Assembly: GCF_000315625.1 (NCBI RefSeq)
Contig: NW_005434529.1
Location: forward strand, 69,154-133,153
From: Guillardia theta CCMP2712
Taxonomy: Eukaryota; Protista; Cryptophyta
Direction: 5' to 3'
DNA: 64,000 bases
Made by a program: the position numbers and the translations under genes. The notes beneath the pieces are model-generated. The model worked only from the letters and a program-made list of their open reading frames with translations. It was not told the origin of the DNA and searched no databases. This document shows, one piece after another, positions 47,132 through 58,710 of the stretch (position 1 is the stretch's first letter; each line of letters begins with the position of its first letter).

Positions 47132-50100
47132 TCATGTTTCACGATGTGTCAGCTTATATGCAACTTGTTCAAAGGCCTGCACAAGCTCGACCCCGTCCAC
47201 CTGCTGTCACCCCTCACTTCAGTCGTGTCTTACCACAGACGTCAAACTCACTGCTTTCAGAAAGCTGCCGCCTCCAAGTTGAGCCAAGGCCTTCAGTTTA
47301 TCGACCTGCGCCCTTGTGCCGAAAGCAAGAGTATGAACTTTCATCTTCTCGCCGAATTCATCGTAGATCTCCTGAACAATGAAGAAGATGAGATGTCAAC
47401 ACCAAAGTTGTTGAGGTCTTACCTTCATTTCCACCTCTCCATCATGTGATTGTCCGTCAGACATCAAGAGCAGGAATTGGTGATGCTTTTTGAGATTCTT
47501 TGCCTTCCGCAACACAGTTTGAGCACCTTGCAGTGCTTGAGCAAACGAGGTTCCTCCATCTGGCGTGACTGATTCCAGCAGCGACTGAGGCGTCCTGAGG
47601 ACCCGCTGAACTTGTCTGAGAGAGGTGAGGACGAGGCTCAGGCAGTAGAGAATCATCGAGATGAGAACGATAGACAAGGAAATCACGTGCTCTAACTTGA
47701 GGTCTGAGCTCTCAAAGCTGAACTCCAACCCCATCTATGACTTGATCGTTTCCACGATCAGGTCCTCGTATTTTCCTATTGCAGCCACTTTTTCGCAACT
47801 GATTGTCACAGAAACGACAACAGAAATAAGATTTCTTGAATTGCTCTTCGCCATGATCTCGACGAAACCGTTAACAGCTTGTTTCAGATCTTTCCATGGC
47901 TCCCCTTGCATTGATCCGGATCTATCAAGTACGAGGATGCAGTGATGGAGACAATCCTGGCTTTCTTCTCCTTGCATTGATCCTTGCGAAATCTCAAGAA
48001 CAATTGTTTAGCGATGTCATTCATATTGCTTTGAACATGTTTCAAAACCTCCATTGTGCGTTGAAGTTTTGTGATTCCGTCATCATGCCTGCTCGACAAT
48101 CTCTCGTACTTTCTTTTCAAAACTTCATTTCTCTTGCGAGTGAGATAAGCATCCCAATCCAAGCCAGAAGCACTTTGATCAACTTGACTAGCTTTCATAC
48201 TCGACTTGAGATTGTTCTCAAAAAGAATCATCTGACAAGATCCTGGATCATCCTGCCGACATGTACGACCATAGATTTGCTTCTTCTCTGAATCATCTTC
48301 TGGCAAGAAGGTAACAACAACATGTACGCCCCCATTCTTTACAAGGCCCTGATTTGCACACATAAAATCTGTGCCCCTACAGTGAGATCTAGTCATCAAA
48401 GCCTTCAAGATGTTCGCCTGCCTCTCTTCATCTCGTCTGAGAGGATGTAGTATCCCTTGTGCTGCGGCAGATTTGGCTTCTGGATGTTCAGCTCTGTGGC
48501 GAATTGTTTCAGCAAATCACTGTCGTGGAAGATGATAAGCATTGCTCTCTGAAGCTTGAGCATGTCTACGATTTCACTCCGAACTCGCAAGAAAAACTCG
48601 TCCCAGCTCCCGTGAACGACTTCCAAGCTTCCACGTTGAATTTGCTTCTTGTTCAAAGTGGACGGCAAGAATGTTCGATGCTCGAAGGCATACTCCTGTA
48701 GCAACTGGAATTGAGCGTGGGAAAGACAATCCAACGTTCCCGTCATTCCGAGACAGAAGGCGTAACCATTGGGAATTTGAGAATAGAGCAACTCTCCGCA
48801 CACCGGCGAGATGTGAAGCTTGTCCTTGATCTGCTCAAGGCGAAACTGAAGGCTGACATCGCAACAGTACAAGTACGTCAAGGTAGTAACGTATCCTAGC
48901 GATACCAACAAGTTGGGAACCCCACTGACGGGGTCGATGTAGCCCAACTTGTTACAAGTCTTGTCCACCACATAGTCAGGGTAGCCAGCAAGCCGAAGCT
49001 CATGTCCCATCGGAAACAGCAGGACCGCCTGGAGCAACTTCTTGAAAACCACCTCCAACATGTGTCTAGTTAGATTTGGGAATACCGACAAGAGCAGCTC
49101 AGATGCCTGGAGAGAAGAGAGTTTCTTGAGTGCTGCTGCAGCATCATGCAAACGACTTCAATTTCTCCAGACATGCTCAATGATTAAGTAGCCATGTTCC
49201 AGGGGGTGAGAACAAAGCTTAAGATCTTGTTGTGGCCGTAATAAAAGTTTGTCTTCTCAAGTTTCATTACAATTAAATGTATCGTATGTATCAATCTCCC
49301 GAAGAAAACTTCGCTGAAAAAGATGTCCACTTGGTCCATAAGCAAGATGCAGGGCTTATGGCCATATTTGGTTGCTGGTGAGGTTGTTTTTCTTGCAGAG
49401 GAAGCCTAGAAAGTATTTCCTGACATCTGGAATTTCATTTGGAAGACTGCAAATGGTCAAACTCAGAGTATGAGATGTTCTCTTGAACCTCCAACTCGAG
49501 AAATGTTTCCCGGATTGCGACTTCGTCCCTTTCTGAGAGATATCTGCTGTAGCATACCACATCAACACAGAAGCCCCGCTTAGCTAGAATGATAGCTGTA
49601 AACCCGAGAGCAATGGACTTTCCCTCCCCTGTGTTGATTTGGATCAAACGGTTCTTCATCTTGTCTTGGTCAGAGAAGCCTCAAGATGCCGGGCTGACGG
49701 AGCCTTCTCTTCTCCACTCCTTCACTTCCACTCGGGACAGACAGGAACGTCCAGTGGGCGCAGACAAGACCCAGCAATATGCCCAACTCCTCTTCTTGTT
49801 GGGCGAGGCTTGAAGCTGATCTTCTTTTTCAGTCAATAAAGTTTGATCTCTTCAGCGACTTGGCAACATCGTCGATCTCCTTGAGAATGAGATATTTGTT
49901 CTTGGTGTATTCCTCCTTATCTCGGATGACATCCCTGATCTTATTATCATAGGTCTCTTTGTATGCTTTGTAGCATGTTTGTAACTTGTTTTGATGAGCC
50001 AGCTTTGGTTTACAAACCAGTTCTTTCAGAGCATGCTGAAAATCTATTACGCCCGCGTTTTCGTTGAACATCTCGATACTAAACATCTCAAATTGATTGA

Positions 50101-52200
50101 AGTTGGACAGAATTATTCGAGCATACTCAGTAATTGCTGCTGAGGAACTAGAATCGGATTTTGCAATTCTTTCAGAGCAATTCCAACTCGAAAATTGTTT
50201 ATGCTAGAAAACTTGCCAAGAATTTCTCCAACGCTCTTGTTGTAGTCTTGAATCATCTCTAGTTCCACACTGATAGCATAACTCTTGATGAGAAGTTTTG
50301 CAATTTGCTCTTTCAGTTTCAAAGGTGATTTGATTGTCCTGCAATTGGTCTATCATGCTTCTCATTCTGTCAATGTTCTTCTGGATCTCCTGTATGGCTA
50401 CAATGGCTACAAAATTGAACAGTTGTTCTCTTGAGTTGTTCGTTGGTTTCCGTCAAATTTGGGAAGGTTGATGCCAGTGAATTGAATGCAAGGCAGAAGA
50501 AGGCAAGCTCGTCGGATTGTAAGTACTTTGAGTCATCGATTGCCAGGCTGATTTCATTTATCACCCTCTTTTCTATCTCTTTCATCTCCTGTAGTACGTC
50601 GGTCTCCATTTCATGGAGTTCCAGAAAAATGTGCTCCGCAGTTGTTCTTTCAAGAATTTGAACATGCTCAACCTGTCGACCAGTGCAATAAACTGCTTAG
50701 CTTGAAGAAATGTATTGATTTCAGCAGAAGTTGCGTTGGCCATTCTTGTTGTGCTCGCCTAGTTTCATGACAATGTCAAGAATAAGTCGTTCAATCTTTT
50801 TGCAATTTCTCTGCCTGAGCTTCACCATGGCTCTCTCTCGCATCTGAGAGATCGTGTCTAACAATTCCTCTCTCCTTGTCTGCTCTCCATCGCGATTGTC
50901 AAGATGATTGCATCTCTGCATGCTTGTTTTGATGAGCAAATTCTTTTATTTTTGAAAACAGTATTTTTGAAAACAAAACAGTTTGAATGGGCAAACTTGC
51001 AACCTGTGGTCATAAACAAACTGTGAGACATTTCTTGTACTGCCAAACAAAAGATCAATTACCTTGGGAGCATCATCCATTTGGATTTCTCTTGTACAAA
51101 AAGGAAGGTAGTCACGATCGATGAGTTTTTTAGGTTCACTCTTAAAGTTTTCAAACTTTTTGTCGAAATCGTTTTCAAGATGCTTTCGTATGGAAAGGGG
51201 GATAGTTTTACTGACAAGATCAGCAACCTGTCTCTTGTAGTCTATCACATCTCATTGGAGCATTGTAGAATTGAAGTCCATTTTCTGCAAGATGGTTCTC
51301 ACCTGAGATGTGCGAGCCTGTGAAAACACATCACGTTCAAACAAATCAAGTTTGACAATTCTCAAGGTTTCAAAAGTGTGGACGTCTTGTGACACTTTCT
51401 CACAATTGCCTTCCAGCATAGCTGCCTCAACTTGCTGTGAAATGTGGGCTGCTCTCGCTGCTAAATGTGACAAATCATTGTCAGAGAGTGGCGTCTGAAA
51501 TGTGTCTGGATTGACATCTACAAACTTGAGTTGAGTCAATTTGAATATCAACTCTTCCCGATATATTCCTTCTGGATGCCGATTGAGAGGATCAAAGATC
51601 TGAATTAAGTTCAGCCAATCTAGATTTTCTCTCCTGGCTCCTTCCACTATCATGGTTCTGGAGAACATGAGTTCGCCACTTGGCATAGCACTGAACAACT
51701 TGATCAGAATCCTGATGGTCTCTTGCAAGAAAGCTCCCCTCCCGGGATTCAAGGGCGAGGATCGAGAGACCGCCATATTTGGACATTCGCATCAGCTCGA
51801 ACATGTTAACGGCATTCACAATCTTCACTTCTGGGCCATTCGTGTCTGCAAAACCAGGCGCGTCGATGCAGCGTAGAAGTCTCGGAGGTTCCGTAGTGAT
51901 GCTAAACAGTTGGTGAGAGTGCTCTTTCCACTTCCCAACATTGCGTTTCTCCTTCATGCGACCTGGAATACCTGATCTTCTATTTGAAAGAAGACTTTGT
52001 ATTCGTTTGATGCTGTGTTCAATGCAGTCTTGATTGCTGATCGTTGTTGAGCCATTCGTTTCACAATTCTTTGACGTTTCGACCGGTACCTGCTCTTCAT
52101 CTACATCCTGACGCATACAAGTCACAGCCTTTCGTTCACTTAATGTTTAGCTTACCATTTTCATGAATTCCAAACTGCCAGCTACCGAGCTACATTCATC
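47132..52200 (-). pseudogene. Degenerate P-loop GTPase / SecA-like SF2 ATPase / vWA multidomain gene
   Basis: GTPase: frameshifted NVG-SGKST and CIDAPGFADT. SecA-like: QINTGEGKS, LSERD, LMDQVD, GMTGTL, RGTDF, QIYGRTCRQDDPGS. vWA: LDRSGSM, GGTSF, LMSDG. Multiple in-frame stops and frameshifts. Confidence 0.75.
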
Positions 52201-52876
52201 GTCGGCCGCAGTGTGGTGATCGGAGAAACTACTTGATCTTATATCTGCATAAAACAACATGTCAAAACACAAACAAAGCGAGCAAACAAAGCAAGAAGTC
52301 CAGGACAACACACACAGCGATCATAGAATGCGAGCGTTCAAGGCTATCGCCATATGCATTTCAGTGCGGTCGCTCGAGCGGCATCGCAAGACTTATCCAA
52401 TCACTGTCAACCGCGATCATCCACCCCCCCCTCATTGCTGCAGCACTGGGGGGACAGAGGGGGTGGTTTGAATGCCTCTGAGCTGGGCAATCGCTAACAC
52501 CACCCATGAATACCACCCCCCCCCCATCCTGCTTTTTGTACAGCTCTCCTTTCCCTGCGCTGGCAGATAGGCTCTACAAGCCCACCTCAGAGTAATATTT
52601 TAGATAAGAGAAAAGGCAGCAGGGCCGGCAAACTCAGGGTTATGCCCTACAGTAGTAGTAGAGTTATTACTGAGGGCAATGCCCGATCTGACCCTCGTCC
52701 CCACTCTGCCCCTGAGTCGTTTTGGCGCCCAGTTTGCAGTTTGGCGCCAAAAGACTCCCACAAACTCTGCGAGCGAACATGGTTCCTGCGATGATGGAGA
52801 GAATGGGTGGGAGGGAGGGAAAAGAGAAGAGGACATGGAGGAGGGATGATAGAAGGAGAGATTTAAAGAAAGGAGG

Positions 52877-55800
52877 ATGGAGAAGGGAAGGCGACGTAAG
52901 ATTGAGTATGTCGTAAAAGTTATTCCTTGGATCCATGCCAAGTTCATAACTGCATTTTTCGCAGATGAAAGAAGAATTGACCGAATTTCTGGTTTTGCCA
53001 AGTAAATCGAACAGGAAATTGTTCCTCCAAAAAATTTCCGAAACCGTTCAGCTGGAAGAAAGCAGAAGACCTGCATTGAACTTAGCATCTGCCAAGGCTT
53101 TGCTGCAGTTTTTCGAAGATGTGTGTTAACAAACAAGATTGCATTCTTCACTGTTTTTGAATTGATTGCAGGAGTCAAAAAAAGCAAATTTTGACAGTTT
53201 TCGTTCAGTTATGACCCTAATTTACGAGTATGCAATTCCTGAGGTAACTGTATTCACGCAAATCGATTGCTGCTAACACCATTTCCTACATAGGAGGACT
53301 CGAACTCAGCAATGTTGTCCGTATCGACATTGAACTCAGCGCAACTCAACAAGACTGTTGGAGTTGCATACAAAAACTTGATGAAGAATAATTTGAGCAA
53401 GCCGGAACCTGAAGAGGCAGCACTGCAAGCAATACTATCTTTGTTAAAAATGATTGCTTCGTTGACTGAGAATGACATTTGCTGTGCGTTGCTTCTGAAT
53501 TCTTGGCGACTTGGCAGTGACTTGTTTTTCTGACAGCTAGCTCATCTACCGCCATGGAGTGTATGACAATGATCCATAACGATTGGATAAAGCGAGATTG
53601 TTCGTTCGACGTGCGATATACCGCTTTCGATGTCTTAGGAGCATTTGCCAAAAACGTAAGTGGTTATCTCATCTGGAATTGATGACACCTCCCTTCACAG
53701 CCTGAAAATGTCAAGCTTTATTGCTCTCCACCTCGTGAAGCTGAAACGAAAATCTTCGAAATTCTTAATGGTGCAATCGACAGGTTGAATGAATTGCGCA
53801 AAGTGGATTTTGTCTCATGATCTTTCCCATTTACAGCTCTTTGCCAGTATGCGAAGCAGCCCTCAGTTGCTTGTATTCCATTTTTGAGATATTGGACAAA
53901 GATACGCTGTCAAAGGTGAATCCGGTTTTGGAATCGTTCACCAAGTGGGTAGCGGGGCGGGAGAAAAACTCTGTTTCGTGTTTTTCTGTGGACAATATTC
54001 GAAATACTTTCATGGGATGGGAAGATAAACAAAATGTCAAGGCAGCTGCAAAACTTTTATTTAAGGCAATGAACAAAACATATGAGGAAATACAAGCAAA
54101 GAGCATAGGTACTTTCAGTTGGATTTGATATCGAGTTTGTGATGTAGCTTTTGCGTGCAGTTGTCGGCGACATAGAGTATTTTGCTTCCGAGGTCTCAAT
54201 CAAGCGATTACGAATGATCAGAATCTGATTCTGTTGACAGGAAAAATTGTATATCACGTCCGAAAACCTCTCAGTCTGGCTGAGTCCTGACAGAGATGAT
54301 GATGGAGTAAGATTGCCTGATTTGTGTGATATAGGCTGAATAAGCTCCAGACAAATTCATCAATAATGCATGTATCCCTTGATCAAATTTCTGCCGCAAA
54401 CAGAATGGGAAACAAGAATTCTTTCTCTATCAAATTGCATTTGTTGAAAGACCTCCAAAACTGCTTTGGGCAGAATAAAGTGAAGAAGAATGAGGTGAAT
54501 TTTGAAGATACATGCTTTGCACTGACGTGCTATTCAGATAATCATTCATATGCGAGATGATGATAGTATCGAATCCTTTTTATGCCTCATGCCATTTGCA
54601 GAAGCTTGTAACATAACACGCTCCCAAGAATCAAAATCGACGCGTTGTGGCATACGCTAAATATTTGCAAAGTGCACATTTGATTCCATCCTTGCAGACA
54701 TTGCTATCATGGACAATCATGGCAATATCGTTCTTCCACCTCCATCAGCTCTGAGTGAGAACATCAAAACATCTGAGGCCCATACTGGGCCAACAGGTTT
54801 GCAGAGATGCTTGAGCAACAGAAATAGAACTTACCTATGGTTTGAAACGTACAGATTCATCGGCCCTGCAGCATGAACTCGATCACAACTATGAACATGG
54901 TATGACGGTAATCTTTTTGTCTATCATCAAGTGAGAGAGCATGTCAGGGGGAGAAGCTCTCTGCACACCCACAGAATTGATCGAGCAGCATAACTCTTCT
55001 CGAAATGTAATTTCCTCTGAGAGAAGCCAATCCAGCCAAAGCCATGCCAAATCGTCTCAGTCCACTTCATCTGAAGAGAAGGAATGTCATATCAGATCAA
55101 AAACTCCAAAGAGGTCCAATGAACAAGGTGAGTTCTTTGCTTTGCCACATTGCAAAATTGATGTTGTTGTGCCAAGATCGGAAGGTGTCCAAAGGTATTT
55201 GAAGTACCTCAGGATGACAGCTAATGAAGAAACCAGGTGGAAAGCGAACAGGAAACAAATCTGTAGGGAAAAAGACATCCTCAGATATGAAAGGTAAAGT
55301 TTAAGCATAATTTCAGGTGTTGCAAGGCTTTTAATCTTCAGACACAGCTGCAATAATTCAAACGTTTCCACGTCTTCCTCCCGTTGCAAATGATTCTTCA
55401 AACAAACAAATGCAAAAAGATCGATATAATTGCACAGGCTCTTCAACAACAAACCCTGTGGAGGACTCTCCTTTTGACAACAGTGACGGTCACAATCAAA
55501 CGACCCAACTGAGCCCAAGATCATATTCTAGGCCGGTGAAAAGCACCAAAGGAGCTTCGACCAAAGGTTTGCCCTCTGTCGATGCTGGCTGCCCAAGCAT
55601 AGGCCTGGGTTGACGCCCTGAATAGATAAGGTCTCCAAGAAAGATAACGAGAAGGCTCCGCAAGCAGACAAGCCGCTCGCAAGAGACGAGGAGACATCGA
55701 AGGCAGATCCTGCCCCCAGGACCAGCGCCAAAGGAGCTTCGACCAAAGGTTTGCCCTCTGTCGATGCTGGCTGCGACAAGCCGCTCGCAAGAGACGAGGA

Positions 55801-58577
55801 GACATCGAAGGCAGATCCTGCCCCCAGGACCAGCACCAAAGGAGCTTCGACCAAAGGTTTGCCCTCTGTCGATGCTGGCTGCCCAAGCATAGGCCTGGGT
55901 TGACGCCCTGAATAGATAAGGTCTCCAAGAAAGATAACGAGAAGGCTCCGCGAGCTTCGACCAAAGGTTTGCCCTCTGTCGATGCTGGCTGCCCAAGCAT
56001 AGGCCTGGGTTGACGCCCTGAATAGATAAGGTCTCCAAGAAAGATAACGAGAAGGCTCCGCAAGCAGACAAGCCGCTCGCAAGAGACGAGGAGACATCGA
56101 AGGCAGATCCTGCCCCCAGGACCAGCGCCAAAGGAGCTTCGACCAAAGGTTTGCCCTCTGTCGATGCTGGCTGCGACAAGCCGCTCGCAAGAGACGAGGA
56201 GACATCGAAGGCAGATCCTGCCCCCAGGACCAGCACCAAAGGAGCTTCGACCAAAGGTTTGCCCTCTGTCGATGCTGGCTGCCCAAGCATAGGCCTGGGT
56301 TGACGCCCTGAATAGATAAGGTCTCCAAGAAAGATAACGAGAAGGCTCCGCAAGCAGACAAGCCGCTCGCAAGAGACGAGGAGACATCGAAGGCAGATCC
56401 TGCCCCCAGGACCAGCGCCAAAGGAGCTTCGACCAAAGGTTTGCCCTCTGTCGATGCTGGCTGCCCAAGCATAGGCCTGGGTTGACGCCCTGAATAGATA
56501 AGGTCCCCAAGAAAGATAACGAGAAGGCTCCGCAAGCAGACAAGCCGCTCGCAAGAGACGAGGAGACATCGAAGGCAGATCCTGCCCCCAGGACCAGCGC
56601 CAAAGGAGCTTCGACCAAAGGTTTGCCCTCTGTCGATGCTGGCTGCGACAAGCCGCTCGCAAGAGACGAGGAGACATCGAAGGCAGATCCTGCCCCCAGG
56701 ACCAGCACCAAAGGAGCTTCGACCAAAGGTTTGCCCTCTGTCGATGCTGGCTGCCCAAGCATAGGCCTGGGTTGACGCCCTGAATAGATAAGGTCCCCAA
56801 GAAAGATAACGAGAAGGCTCCGCAAGCAGACAAGCCGCTCGCAAGAGACGAGGAGACATCGAAGGCAGATCCTGCCCCCAGGACCAGCGCCAAAGGAGCT
56901 TCGACCAAAGGTTTGCCCTCTGTCGATGCTGGCTGCGACAAGCCGCTCGCAAGAGACGAGGAGACATCGAAGGCAGATCCTGCCCCCAGGACCAGCGCCA
57001 AAGGAGCTTCGACCAAAGGTTTGCCCTCTGTCGACACTGGCGAGTCACTCATTGTTGTTGCTCGATTGGTGGTACAGATTGCTTAGAGAAGGGTTCGAAT
57101 GGAAGATGTTTGATAGATCCCTTTGACATTGATTTTGGTTTGTCACCACCAAAGTCGCTTCGACGTCCGTTTAGGAATAGATTCGGCAATCACAAGCGCT
57201 ATTCTGATCGCACCACCAAATGGGTTTTCGAGGAAAGCTCTCCGCGGAAGGGGAGTGGAGATGGTTCGCCTCCACAAGATGTGTCACGAAATGACATGTT
57301 AGGATCAACGGTGGAAGAATTTGAGGAATCACGCCCAGCGATGAAAGATGCCAAGAATACAATCGAAAAAAACCATCAAGAATTGAGTCGATTGTCCTCT
57401 AAGAAGAGGCAAGCATCAGATGATACTTCTCTCAACACTTCTGAGCGGGCAGCCAAGGTCAGCAAAAAGACAAAAGGTTCTGCAGAGAGTGACTCAAAAG
57501 TGAAATCAAAAGTACAGCAAAAACCAGTGGACCCATTTGCAAAAACTTTTCAACTCGTATGTCAGTCTGAGACCACGCCAGAAGAGGCAGATCCACATGT
57601 CATATCTTCGGATAGTGGAAAGGGACCAAAATCTCAGAAACTCAGCGAGAGTGCAATCAGCAATTTGCGAACATTGCCAAAAAGTCAAACTTCGGACTCA
57701 AGTTATCTTAACCAGTATCCTGCGAAAGAAAAGAGGGGGTCTACGATTCAAATAGCAAAGGAGGACGAGAATCTTAGCGAATGTGGTACTCTTTCGTCTT
57801 TGGAGAATGATCTCAAGCCCAAAATGCTTCTCTTCAGTCCGCACCACAAGCGCAAGTCATTTGAAGTACAGAACAAAACTCAAAAACGATTGAAAGCAGC
57901 GGACGAGCTCATTCGGATTGATGTCAATTCGTTCGACGACGATGATACAGCATCCGATTTTTCACAGAACAACATGTTTGTCGAAAAAGTTGAGGCTCGC
58001 ATTAAGCTTGCCTTCAGCCAGATGGCAAAGGTAAGTTTTTCACTTCATCTTCGTAGAATCTAATTCGAAATGCCATGTGAAGAGGAAGAGAGAGTCCTTG
58101 GCACAAGCCATATTGGGAGAGAAAGATTCAATGTCTCATGAAATTTCTGCCTTTGTTATGGCTTCAAAGGGTAAACTCGACGCAGCACAAAAGAAACATG
58201 ATTCGGAGAATGGAAGGATTACCGCACGAGGGAAAGAAATCTTGACAACTTTTACAAACGTCTACGAAGAATACAAACGACGAATGATTCACGTTCATCG
58301 CACGGTCAAAAGTCTGGCATCAGCCAAGGCGGCACGACGGGAAGTATCCGAAGTGAAGAGAAATGAGTTGTTCGATCAAGCCAAGTCTGGACCTGCCAGC
58401 TTGAAGGCTGCATGTATGGCAGAGGTAATGTTCTTCCAGCACTTGCATAAAACGTGTCACGTTGATGATCTGCAGGCGGAGAAGCTCGAGAGGCAAATGG
58501 CTGGGGACAAGACAGGCAAGGGAACAGATATCAAGGAGCTCAACAACCTGCTGGGACAACTGTTCCAAACCGACTAG
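52877..58577 (+). CDS. Probable SYCP2/SYCP3-family meiotic chromosome axis protein (helical ARM-like + beta-rich N-terminus, disordered repeat middle, C-terminal coiled coil)
   Basis: Helical exons 52970-54110, beta-rich exons 54150-54500, S/K/E-rich middle, and C-terminal coiled coil ...RIKLAFSQMAK/KRKRESL...IKELNNLLGQLFQTD*, reminiscent of SYCP3 (LAKRKRL...LQSMLF). Family call is by-eye inference. Confidence 0.5.
55540..57035 (+). repeat. Compound tandem array of exon-intron units (six identical 59-nt introns)
   Basis: Repeated ACCAAAG|GTTTGCCC...GTTGACGCCCTGAATAG|ATAAG, with introns ending at 55625, 55915, 56025, 56315, 56497 and 56787. Confidence 0.9.
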
Positions 58578-58710
58578 ACCCTCATAGTCTTAAGTTTGAA
58601 ACAGGGACGAGGGCTCACCAACGCCGTGAGACTTCATGAATAGGTTTGAGAACAGAAATTTTGATGGTATAGAGAAGATGATGAAAATGAAGAAGCCCAA
58701 TGCAACTCCG

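Noticed and set aside
47132-52200. Alternative genetic code (TGA read-through) explaining broken ORFs
   Set aside because: Intact NSA2, SERCA and SUZ12 end in TGA, and the broken loci also contain frameshifts and TAG stops.
55540-57035. CRISPR-like array
   Set aside because: Eukaryotic context, no unique spacers, no cas genes; the units are exon-intron duplications.
55496-57052. Three long overlapping minus-strand ORFs (434-518 aa)
   Set aside because: Stop-free antisense shadow of the tandem array. The + strand has coherent splice sites and joins the flanking ORFs in frame.
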